DNA of 64,000 nucleotides, from the NCBI GenBank assembly GCA_963715985.1, contig CAVQSP010000014.1, positions 746,019 to 810,018 of the forward strand, written 5' to 3'. Both the position numbers and the translations under genes were made by a program. This DNA is from an uncultured Thermoleophilia bacterium (GTDB lineage Bacteria; Actinomycetota; Thermoleophilia; UBA2241). The notes beneath the pieces are model-generated. The model had not been told where the DNA came from, did not search any database, and saw only the letters and a program-made list of their open reading frames with translations. Shown here one piece after another: positions 11,668 through 21,802 of this stretch. How positions within the stretch are numbered: position 1 is the first letter of the stretch; every line of letters starts with the position of its first letter.

Positions 11668-14600
11668 TCAAGGTCCAGTTACGTTCACCGTGCCCGGGGC
11701 GAGGCCGTAGAGGCTCCAGGGGTCGCCGCTGGTGGCGCGGTAGTAGACGTAGACGCTGTAGCCGCTGCCCACGGGCAGGCCGCTCGAGGGCCACGCTGTC
11801 GGAGTAGGCGGCGGTGCCGTCGGCGGCCTTGACCTGGCCCACGTACCAGCTGTTGCCGGGGCTCACCACCCAGATGCTGAACTGGGCGGGGGCGGAGACG
11901 TTGGCGTTGGTCGTCCAGTGCACGGTGAGCGCCTGGGCCTGCGTCCTGCTGGTGGTGCCCGCCGGCGGCTGGTCGACGGTGATCGTGCTGAGGGCGCCGG
12001 CCGTCACGTTGACCGTGCCCGGGGCGAGGCCGTAGAGGCTCCAGGCGTCGCCGCTGCTGGCGCGGTAGTAGACGTAGACGCTGTAGCCGCTGCCCACGGG
12101 CAGGCCGCTCGAGGGCCACGCTGTCGGAGTAGGCGGCGGTGCCGTCGGCGGCTCTTGACCTGGCCCACGTACCAGCTGTTGCCGGGGCTCACCACCCAGG
12201 TGCTGAACTGGGCGGGGGCCGAGACGTTGGCGTTGGTCGTCCAGTGCACGGTGAGCGCCTGGGCCTGCGTCCTGCTGGTGGTGCCCGCCGGCGGCTGGTC
12301 GACGGTGATGCGTGCTGAGGGCGGCGGCCGTCACGTTGACCGTGCCCGGGGCGAGGCCGTAGAGGCTCCAGGGGTCGCCGCTGCTGGCGCGGTAGTAGAC
12401 GTAGACGCTGGTAGCCGCTGCCGACGGGCACGCTCGAGGGGCACGCTGTCGGAGTAGGCGGCGGTGCCGTCGGCGGCCTTGACCTGGCCCACGTACCAGC
12501 CGTTGCCGGGGCTCACCACCCAGATGCTGAACTGGGCCGGGGCCGGAGACGTTGGCGTTGGTCGTCCAGTGCACCGGCGAGCGCCTGGCCCTGCGTCCTG
12601 CTGGTGGTGCCCGTCGGCGGCTGGTCGACGGTGATCGTGTTGAGGGCGGCGGCCGTCACGTTGACCGTGCCCGGGGCGAGGCCGTAGAGGCTCCAGGGGT
12701 CGCCGCTCGTGGCGCGGTAGTAGACGTAGACGCTGTAGCCGCTGCCGACGGGCAGCGTCGAGGGCACGCTGTCGGAGTAGGCGGCGGTGCCGTCGGCGGC
12801 CTTGACCTTGCCCACGTACCAGCTGTTGCCGGGGCTCACCACCCAGATGCTGAACTGGGCCGGGGCCGGAGACGTTGGCGTTGGTCGTCCAGTGCACGGC
12901 GAGGGCCTCGCCCTGGGTCCTGCTGGTGGTGCCCGCGGGCGGCTGGTCGACGGTGATGCGTGCTGAGGGCGCCGGCCGTGACGGTGAAGCTCGCCGCGCT
13001 CGTCCCGGTGCCGACGGGGGTGATGACGGCGATCGGGCCCGTGGTGGCGCCGGCAGGGACGGTCGCCGTGATCTGGGTCGCGGAATCCACGCTGAAGCTG
13101 GTCGCCTGCGTACCGTTGAAGGTGACGCTGGTGGCGCCCGTGAAATCGGTGCCCGGTGAGGAAGACCGAGGTGCCCACAGGGCCCGACGTCGGCGTGAAG
13201 CCAGTGACAGTGGGTGCCGGGGCGGCGGCGGGCCTGACGTACGCCTTCAGGCAGACGTTGGTGTTGCTGTAGATGGTCGTCAGGTCCGTCCAGCTCGATC
13301 CGGTCGAGCTCACGTAGCTCTGGCCGGCCGCCGCGGTGGCGTGCTGGAGTAGCCCGAGTACGGGTACTCGATCGGGATCGGGGAAGCTGTAGCCGGGCGT
13401 GGTGAGCTTCACCGCCACGACGAATTGCTGGCCCTGGGTCACCGCGACGGGGGACGGCAGCGGCACGGTGTGGTAGCCCATGTAGGGCAGCGTGCCGCTC
13501 GAGCGCAGCGTCTTCGTCGCCAGACTGGCGCCCGTGTAGACCTCATAGCTCGCGCCGGGGGTCGCCGTGTAGAAACCGACGGCGCCCAGCGAAGCGCTCC
13601 CTTGTGCAGTGAACACGTTGGCGAACCACCCGGTCGAGCTTGACGACAACCCCATGTTGGTCACGTTGCCGAGCGGGTCGTACTGGTAGATGCCGGTGTA
13701 GTTGCCCGTCGATTCCGCGCCGTTGAACACCGCCATGACGCCCGCGCTGCCGAACTTCGTGTCGTAGTAGGAGACGTAGAAGTAGCCGCTGTCCCCCCAC
13801 CCCGTGCCCCAGCTGTTCTTGACGAGGAAGGCGCCGTTGCCCGGAGGGGTCGTGACGAACTTGGTGGCAGCGTAGTTGTCGTCCCAGCCGACGATGAGGA
13901 CTCCGTGGTTGGTGCTGGAGCTGCCGCTGTAGTAGTAGCTCTTCGTCGTGGAGTTGTACGCGGAGTCATACCAGCCCATCGCGACGTAGACGCCGCCGTA
14001 CTGCATGACCGCGTTCTTGACGTTGTCGTTGTCGAGCGCATCGCCGCGGGCCGGGATCCAGTCGACTTCCTGCACGTGCTTGCTCGGGCTCAGGCCGGGC
14101 GGCGTGATGCCGTCGTTGTACCCGTCCTGGCTTTCGGTCACTGGGCCGCCCCAACGGACCAGGTAGGCGGTAGACATGTTGACGTTGCCGCCGTGGTCGT
14201 ACGGGTCGCCACCGCTGTCAAAGCCGCTCTGGAGGACCATGTTGTCCTCGGAGAAGTCCCACGTCTCACCGGGAAGGAGACACGACTCGAGCGAGCCGCA
14301 GGACGCGAACGCCCAGCATGTGCCACGGGGGTTCTGGTTCTTCACCGACGTGACCCTGCCGAACGTGCGCAGGTCGTAGGTCGACGGCAATGGGCCGAAG
14401 GCGCGCACGCTTGATATGTGCATCCCCGTGGCATACGAGAAGTCCTGTGGACCCGGTATGTCGCCCAGGGCGTTGCCGACGTCCGCTCCCGGCTTCTCGC
14501 CCATCGGCGCACCGATGAGTGACGCCAGGAATGCCTGGTTCAGCGGCGCCACCGAGACATCGAGCGCGCCGCCGTCCGGAGGCGCAGTGCTGCCCGCGCC

Positions 14601-14687
14601 TGCCGGCACCGCGATGCCGACTGCCAGCAGCACAGAGCAGAGGCAAAGCACGATGACGAGGACGACATGATGGAGGGTGTGTCGCAT
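11668..14687 (-). CDS. Secreted C1A (papain-like) cysteine protease with lectin-like domain, IPT/TIG domain and four C-terminal repeats
   Basis: Signal peptide; QNPRGTCWAF (Gln, Cys), NHGVLIVGW (His), KNSWG (Asn); IYQYDPLG...NVCLKAY lectin-like domain; PTVTGFTPTSGPVGT IPT; ends ...GTVNVTGP-stop at 11668. Frameshifts in the 3' half. Confidence 0.88.
11681..12980 (-). repeat. Four near-identical intragenic tandem repeats of ~324 nt (~108 aa)
   Basis: Unit boundaries at 11681, 12006, 12333, 12658 and ~12981; each encodes WTTN..FSIWVVSPGN.WYVG..VYYRA..PWSLYGLAPGTVNVT. Confidence 0.95.
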
Positions 14688-14877
14688 CGCGGTGCTCTCC
14701 TTCGCTCTGGCGACGGGCGCTTGGCCAAGTCCCCGCCCACTGGTCGGCAGCGAGTCGCGTCACCCGCGCTGAGCTTCGCGACGCGCGAAGGTCGCGTTGC
14801 GCGAGCCCAGACGACACAGGCGGTCGCTCGGCGTGCCCAGCACCGTCCCGGGGCACGCACCGTTCCCTTCCCTCCTA

Positions 14878-14904
14878 TCATCGACGGGGCAGCGATTGAC
14901 TTGA
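14878..14904 (-). promoter_or_regulatory. Sigma-28 (FliA/WhiG)-type promoter upstream of the protease
   Basis: TCAAG-N14-GTCGATGA versus the consensus TAAAG-N14-GCCGATAA. Confidence 0.55.
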
Positions 14905-15095
14905 GACCGACTGCGGTGCTGAGCGCGTGCAAGTGCTGCTCGCCCTGGCAACGCGCCCCCGATGCCGGCTACCGGCGGTCAGTCCACCTTCAAGGTCCTT
15001 CCGCACGTACCGAACACCGCGAAAGCGCCACTACCCGTCTTGGGCCGACTGCCGACGCAGACCCGGTGGGTCTTACCATCGACGGCGAATGATGA

Positions 15096-15129
15096 AGAGG
15101 GCGCCGGGTCGTGAGACCCGGCGCCCTCT
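15096..15129 (-). terminator. Intrinsic terminator-like hairpin downstream of the multicopper oxidase
   Basis: Perfect 15-bp stem AGAGGGCGCCGGGTC-gtga-GACCCGGCGCCCTCT about 35 nt after the stop; weak U-tract. Confidence 0.75.
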
Positions 15130-15164
15130 CAAGGCAGGTGTCCTCTGTCCTCAGAAGGGTGTTC

Positions 15165-18100
15165 TCAGAACACAGTGACCGTACCTGGAGCTAAGCCGTA
15201 GATGCCCCAGGGGTCAGTGCTGATCGCACGGTAGTAGACGTAGATGCGGTAGCCGACGCCGATGGGGACGTTGAGGTTGACACTCTTGTTCGGGTAGCTG
15301 TTGGTGCCATCCGCGGGGACGATCGTGCCCATGTACCAGCCGTTGGACTGGCTCACGACCCACATGCTGAACTCGCCTGGAGCGGAGACCGGGGCGTTCG
15401 TCGTCCAGGAGACTTGCAGTGCGCTACCTTGCGCCTGACTCACGACGCCGGTCGGGCTCGTCACTGAGATGGTGGTGAAGCCCGCCGTCACGTCGACAGT
15501 GCCGGGCGCCATGCCGTAGACGCCCCACGGGTCGGCGCTGCTCGCCCTGTAGTAGACGAAGATCCGGTAGCCTGTACCCGCTGGGACGTTCAGGTTCACG
15601 GTCTTGTTCGGGTAGCTGTTGGTGCCATCCGCGGGGACGATCGTGCCCATGTACCAGCCGTTGGACTGGCTCACGACCCACATGCTGAACTCGCCTGGAG
15701 CGGAGACCGGGACGTTCGTCGTCCACGAGACCGACAGGCCGGAACCTTGCGCGAGAGTCTGAGTGCCGGTCGGGGCCGTCACGGAGATGGTGTTCAAGAC
15801 CGCCGTCACGTCGACCGTGCCGGACGCGATGCCGTAGATGCTCCACGGATCGGCACTGCTGGTCCGGTAGTAGACGAAGATACGGTAGCCGGTGCCGGCG
15901 GGGACGTCGAGGTTGACGCTCTCGTTCGGGTAGTTGTTGGTGCCATTCGCGGGGACGATCTTGCCCACGTACCAGCCGTTGGCAGGGCTCACGACCCAGA
16001 TGCTGAACTGGCCGGACGCTACAGCGCTGTTCGTGGTCCAGGTGACCGGCAAGGCGCTGTTCTGCGGCTGACTGGTAGTGCCGGTGGGAGCGGTGACGGT
16101 GATGGTGGCGAGGTTCGACTGGAACGTCGCGCTGATCGTATGGTTGCCAGTCGTCACGCTCGTGAACGTGTACGTACCTGTCGACACCGCGGTCGGATTG
16201 CTGACTCCGTCCACCAGCACCGTGGCACGGCTGTAGCCGGCGTTCGGCGTGATCGTGTAGGTCACGTTGCTGCCGATAGGCACGGTCGTCACGCCGGGCG
16301 GTGTGACGCTGCCGCCGGTCCCCGCGGTCGCCGTGATGGTGGCCGTACCCCCCGTGAACGTCGCGCTGATCGAGTGTACCGCCTGCACGTTGGTGAACGT
16401 GTAGGTGCCGGACGTCACCGCGGCCGGCTGGTTGACGGTGTCCACGACCACGGTGGCGATGCGGTAGCCGGCGTTCGGCGTGATCGTGAAGGTCTGACTC
16501 CCGCCCCTGCCCACGGCCACTGCGCCGGACGGCGTGATGGTGCCGTTGGCGCCGGCACGTCGCCGTGATCGTGAACTGAGGGCCGGTGATGGCTGTGTTG
16601 GACGTCGACTGCACGGTCATGCTCGGGAACTGCAGCCCGTAGCCGACCGTGTTCTGGGCGATGACGCGGTAGTACCGCGTCGTGGTGGTCGGATTGAAGG
16701 TAGACGGATCGGTGAACGTCCGCGCCTGGTGGATGTTCGGCGAGCTCAGCGGCACCTGGATGGTGGTGACGTTGGTCCACGTGCTGCCGAGGTTGGCCGA
16801 GCGCTGCACCACCCATGCGGTCTCGGTGATGGAGTTGTCGTTCCAGTTCAGCACGGCCCTGCGGTTGGACCCACCCGCGGCCTGCAGCGCGATCAGTGAG
16901 CCCGCTCGGCGCGACCGGCGGCAGCGCCAGCGTCTGCGGCCGCATCATGTCCATCTCTTCATGGCTCAGGATGTGGCAGTGCCAGACGTAGCCCCAGCCG
17001 AAGTTGACCAGCACGTTGGTGATCGGGTTGGTCGGGTTGCCCTGCGGATCGATGTTATTGAACTGCGTGGTGGCACCGGTCGGCATGGCGGGGTTCATGT
17101 TGCGGATCGAGTTGGGCACCTCCCACGGGATCTGGGGCACGATCGGGCGCAGGGCGACGATCGTGTCCTCCAGCGGGCTGATGCGCACCGTCTCCTTCCA
17201 GCCGAGCTCGCCCGGCTCCGTGGGGATGACGATGTTGTCCCAGGTGACCCGGTTCAGGATCTGGACGTCGTAGAGGTGGAAGTGGATGGGGTGCGTGTCG
17301 ACGCCGTTGTGGGTGATGCGCCAGATCTGCGTGCCGTCGTTGGCGTCGGTCATCGGCGTGATCTTGACGTCGCTCACGGGATTGCCGTTGGTGTCGTAGG
17401 TGACGGCGTTCTTGGGCAGCATGGTCCCGTTGATGAGCTCAGTGGTCGGGTTCACGAACGGGTACAGGGTCACGTTCTGCTGACCCGCGTTCGGCGGCTG
17501 CGCCTCCACGCCCAGGTTGGCCTGCATGCGGCCGAACTCGTCGAAGGTGGACGAGTTCATCTCGTCGTGGATGGCCTTGGGCTGCAGCGGCATCGTGGTC
17601 TTGACGGCCGGCTTGCTGAGCGTGTTGAAGCCGAAGGACATGGTGTCGTTGACGCGCACGAAGCCGTCGCAGACCGTGAACCCGGGGTTCGGGGCGTTGG
17701 GGATGGGGCTGCAGTTGCTGCTCGCGGCGAAGCTGGTGCCGTAGGCCGAGTTGTAGGCGGCCTGGCCGACGATGATGGGGTGCTGGCTGGCCTCGAACAC
17801 GCCGCTGCCGTTGGACTTGTGGAGGAAGGCGTTCCTCAGCTTGGTCAGGTTGAAGGCCGCGGCCGGGGTCCCGGCGATCTTCACCTGCATGACGGTGCGG
17901 GTGTTGGGGCCGTAGCCGGGCAGGATCGTAGGGCGCGCCGACCGGGCTCAGGTCGGGGCCGCCGGTGTAGTAGTCGTAGCTCGGCACGCGGGCCGGGAAC
18001 GCGGCCGGCGCGTCGTTGTAGAGGATGAGGGTCTTGCCCGCGAACTGCGAGAAGTCGACGATCACGTCGGCCCGCTCGGCGGGAGCCCAGCAGCAATGAG

Positions 18101-20794
18101 TGCAGGTCCACGTTGCCGACGTCGAAGCGCGTCGGGTCGGTGATCCAGGTGGTCTCCTGCTGGCCGTCCACGACCGTCGGGGCCGGCAGGAAGCCGCCCT
18201 CGCTGCCGATCTGGATCCAGTCAGGGCCGCTGGTCGAGGCGTTGTGCACCGGCGTCGGGAAGACGACCGGGTCGGTCTGGGCCTGCGCCAGCAGGGTCGG
18301 GTCGAGCGCGACCTCGGTGCCGCCGATAGGCTGACCGGCCGCGTTGAGAGCGGTGCTCGCGGTGGTGGGATCGGCCACGTACCACTGGAAGTTGAAGAAG
18401 CGGTCGTTGGCCGCGTTGAGCACGCGGAAGCGGTAGGTCTTCGGCTGCAGCGTGACCGTCGGGTAGGCGATGCCGTTGACGATGGGCGTGTCGTTGAACT
18501 GCTCCATGCCGGCCGAGATGTTGGGCGTGCCGGGGATGGTGGCCGGTTCGCAGAACGGGTCTACCTGGTACGTCCACGTGGAGGGGACGTCGACCTTGCA
18601 GTTGGCGTCGAAGAAGGGGTTCGCGATAGGCCCGTACTTGGTGCCCGCCGCCGGCGGCCAGAACCACGGGCCGTACATCCAGCGTCCGTAGGCGCTCATG
18701 CCGCCGGCATCACCGGGGTTCTGCGCCGGCATGTACACGTGGTGGTACCAGAAGTCGCCGTAGTCGCCCCACTTGGTCTTGTCCCAGGTCGGGTCCTGAC
18801 CGTAGGAGACGGTGGTGGTGCCTTCGACCTGGTCGTAGAGCTGCGAGTCCTGCGGCACGAAGGTGCGGTCCTGGACGACGAGCGGGATGGTGTCCGCCGC
18901 GCCGGGGATCGTGCCGGTGCTGATGAGCTCCTTCTCCTTGTCGTCGGTGATGAGGTAGCCGGCAGCCTCACCGACGTACACGTTGAGCCTGGTGATGCCC
19001 CACGCGTGGTCGTGGTAGAAGAGCAGCCGGGCGCTCTGCTGGTTGGTGTAGTAGAAGGTCTGGACGCCGTCCGTGGGGGAGTTGTACCCGGGCATGTCGG
19101 GCACGTTCTGGACGTCGACGCCCTGCGGCCAGGCGGTGGTCTCGTTGGCCGGCGTGATCCACTGGTGCGGCGTGCCGTCGCTGATCCACGGCGTGGTGCC
19201 GCCGTGCAGATGCAGGGTGGCGCGGTTCTGCCTGAAGCACCGCGGGTCCTGCGGAGTGTCCGTGCACACGGGGTTGCGCACTTCGTCCATCACGGTGCCG
19301 TTGTTGACCGGCGCCGGCATGGCGACGGGGCCGTCGCCGGTACCCATCAGGGTGCTGTCGGTCGGGAGGAAGAGGTCGCCGGCCACGCCGGTCGGGAGCA
19401 GGTTACGGAAGACGATGCGCACCGGCTTGTCCTTGGTGGCCGCGATGATCGGGCCCAGCCACTGCGGCGGGGTGACGCCGTACGCCTGGACCCCACCGAT
19501 CAGCACGTTGTGGAAGGTGCCGTCCTGCCACTCGTTGACCAGCGGGAAGAGGGCGCCGTGAGCCGGGTGAGCGGCCTGCCACGCCGGTGTCGCGATCTGC
19601 ACGTAGCCGCGCACGAGCGCCCCTCCGGGCATGCTGGAGGAGAAGAGCGAGCGGTACTGCACGACGCCGATCACGTACTCGTCGGCCATGATGGGCTTGT
19701 TGCCGTTGCTGGGGTCTGGGTAGGCCTTCTGCTCCGGCACTGCGAGCGGGATGGCCTTGGAGGCGATGTTGGTGGCCCAGTCGGCGGGGCAGCTGCCGGG
19801 CGTCATGGGGTCGCAGAGCCCGGGCAGGGGATCCACGAACTTCTTGATGCCTCCGCCGCTGAGGTAGCCCGTGCCGCCGGCGGTGACGTTGATGGCCGTG
19901 ACGCCGCCGGTGCCGATGGCCGCCGTGGCGGTGGCGCCGGAGCCGCTACCGACGGAGTCGAAGATGTTCACCGTCGGGGCCGACGTGTAGCCGGCGCCGA
20001 AGGTGTCGAGCACGATGCTCGTGACGCTCAGCGTGCAGGTGGCCGAGGCGCCGGACCCGCCGTTGGCGATGGGGTCCATGAGCGTGCCGTCGCGGATGAC
20101 CATGTGGGGAGCAGTGGCGTAGCCGGAGCCGGGGTTGATGATGTCGAGCGACGCGATGGAGCCCCCGGTGCCGAGGTTGGCCTTCACGACGGCCTGGACC
20201 CCGTTGGGGTCGTCCGGCATGTCGATGTCGACCGTCGGCAGCGTGTAGCCGCTGCCGGCGTTGGCGAGGGTGACCGCGTTGACGCTGCCGTACGCGCTGG
20301 CAGTCGCCGCGGTGGTGGCGCCGCCGCCCGTGAGAGAGACCATGGGGCTCTTGTACCCGGAGCCGTTGGCGCCCACGGTGATGCCGGTGACGGCGCCGCT
20401 GGAGGTGACCACGGCCGTGGCGGCGGCGCCGGTGCCCGGCGCGCCGGTGATGATGACCGAGGTCGTGCCGGCAGTGTAGCCGGCGCCGGGAGTGATGACC
20501 GAGATGCCGGTGACGGCTCCGTTGCCGTCGACCGTCGCCACAGCCGTGGCGCCCGTGCCGCCACCCGTGCTCGTCACTTCTACCGAAGCGTTGGGCAGCG
20601 TCAGCGGGCTCAGGGCCCAGTTGGGCCACGGACCGAAGTAGTGGGGGACCTTGGTGTTGTCCGGTCGGGGAGCTCGGGGCGGCCTTGCCCTGACTCATCT
20701 GGATCATGAACAAGGCTGTGAGCAAGGCCACGACCACAAACACGATGATGCTGGCCTTGCCCAGCGTCATGCGCCTGATCACTCTGGTACTCAT
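15165..20794 (-). CDS. Giant secreted multicopper oxidase (~1870 aa; Geobacter OmpB-like core) with FN3, two divergent InlB-B-like repeats and three C-terminal repeats (frameshifted)
   Basis: ATG 20794 with RBS and signal peptide; all four Cu motifs present: LHLHGG, FYHDHA, THPIHFH, WHCHILSHEEMDM. ORF pieces 17881-20577, 17439-18065, 16415-17890, 15424-16854 and 15165-16520 join. Confidence 0.88.
15171..16110 (-). repeat. Three 318-nt (106-aa) C-terminal repeats homologous to the protease repeats
   Basis: Boundaries at 15171, 15489 and 15807; WTTN..FS(I/M)WVVS..NGWY.G..VYYR...PW..YG.A.GTV.V. Confidence 0.92.
19860..20600 (-). repeat. About six degenerate Gly/Ala/Thr-rich peptide repeats within the MCO
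   Basis: GAVTGISVITPGAGY, GAVTGITVGANGSGY, GSVNAVTLANAGSGY, GSIASLDIINPGSGY, SVTSIVLDTFGAGY, GGVTAINVTAGGTGY. Confidence 0.8.
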
Positions 20795-20976
20795 GGAACC
20801 CCCTTCGTGCGACGTGACTCGTCGCTCCCTGACGCCCACTCTGCCATACGACTCTCGGGGTCCCGAACCCCTTGGCGGGACCTCTGTTTCTCTGTCTGCC
20901 GGGCAAGACGGTGCACCGGCGGCCGGTTTGAGTGCATCATCGCCCGCTTCAACACGGGCGGAATAGCGCACTTGTA

Positions 20977-21010
20977 CCAGTCTTCACCTAGATGAAAGGC
21001 ATAGGTTTAG
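20977..21010. promoter_or_regulatory. Candidate operator, copy 1 (upstream of the MCO)
   Basis: CCAGTCTTCACCTAGATGAAAGGCATAGGTTTAG matches 26431-26464 at 25/34 without gaps. Confidence 0.55.
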
Positions 21011-21089
21011 TGGGCTGCGGGCTGCAAAAGGCCCTGCCACCCCGCGGTCGGCGGGACCGCCCGCCCCTCCGGACGACGGTGCGACCGCG

Positions 21090-21797
21090 TCAGTCAGAGG
21101 TGCTCGGGGCCCGGTGCAACGTGTCCTCACGCACCGTGCCGTCGGCCATCTCCAGGTGGCGCGTGCCGAAGGTGACGAGGTGCCGGGCGTGCGTGACCAT
21201 GAGGACGGTCAGGGCCTGCTCGGCGTGGATGCGGCGGAAGATCTCCATGATCTCCGCCTCGGTCTCCTCGTCCAGGTCGCTGCTGGGCTCGTCGGCCAGC
21301 AGGAGCTCCGGCCGGTTGATGAGGGCGCGGGCGATGACGACGCGCTGCTGCTGCCCGGCCGAGAGCTCGCGCGGCAGCGCCTTCGCGCGGTGCCCGAGGC
21401 CGACCATGTCCAGCAGCTCGCGGGCCCGCGCCCGGGCATCGGCGTGCTCCTCGCGGCTGAACTCCAGCGGCAGCGTGACGTTCTGCTCCAGCGAGAGCCC
21501 GGGGATGAGGCTCGGGAACTGGAAGACGAAGCCCATGGTGCGGTTGCGCAGGCTGCTGCGCTCGGCGTCGCTGATGTGCCAGATGTCGACGCCGTCGACG
21601 GTCACCGTCCCGCTGGTCGGCGTCGCGAGGCCGGCGACGACGTTGAGCAGCGTGGTCTTGCCGCAGCCCGATCGCCCCGTGATGACGAGGAACTCGCTGG
21701 TCTCGATGTCGAGGTCCACGTCGCGTAGCGCGGCGAAGGTCGCGGCCTTGTCGCCGCCGTACGCCTTGCCCACCCCCCGCAGTGACACAGCCGACAT
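21090..21797 (-). CDS. ABC transporter ATP-binding protein (LolD/MacB type)
   Basis: Start MSAVSLRGVGKAY; Walker A GRSGCGKTT; GFVFQF; LSAGQQQRV; LLLADEP; MVTH. Confidence 0.92.
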   Translation of the reverse strand: MSAVSLRGVGKAYGGDKAATFAALRDVDLDIETSEFLVITGRSGCGKTTLLNVVAGLATPTSGTVTVDGVDIWHISDAERSSLRNRTMGFVFQFPSLIPGLSLEQNVTLPLEFSREEHADARARARELLDMVGLGHRAKALPRELSAGQQQRVVIARALINRPELLLADEPSSDLDEETEAEIMEIFRRIHAEQALTVLMVTHARHLVTFGTRHLEMADGTVREDTLHRAPSTSD

Positions 21798-21802
21798 GGC
21801 CC

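Noticed and set aside
11681-12980. CRISPR array or DGR template/variable repeats
   Set aside because: The units are ~324-nt coding repeats with no unique spacers, and no cas or reverse transcriptase gene is present.
14690-14877. Riboswitch in the protease leader
   Set aside because: GC-rich hairpins are present, but I could not match any riboswitch consensus; an Rfam scan would settle it.
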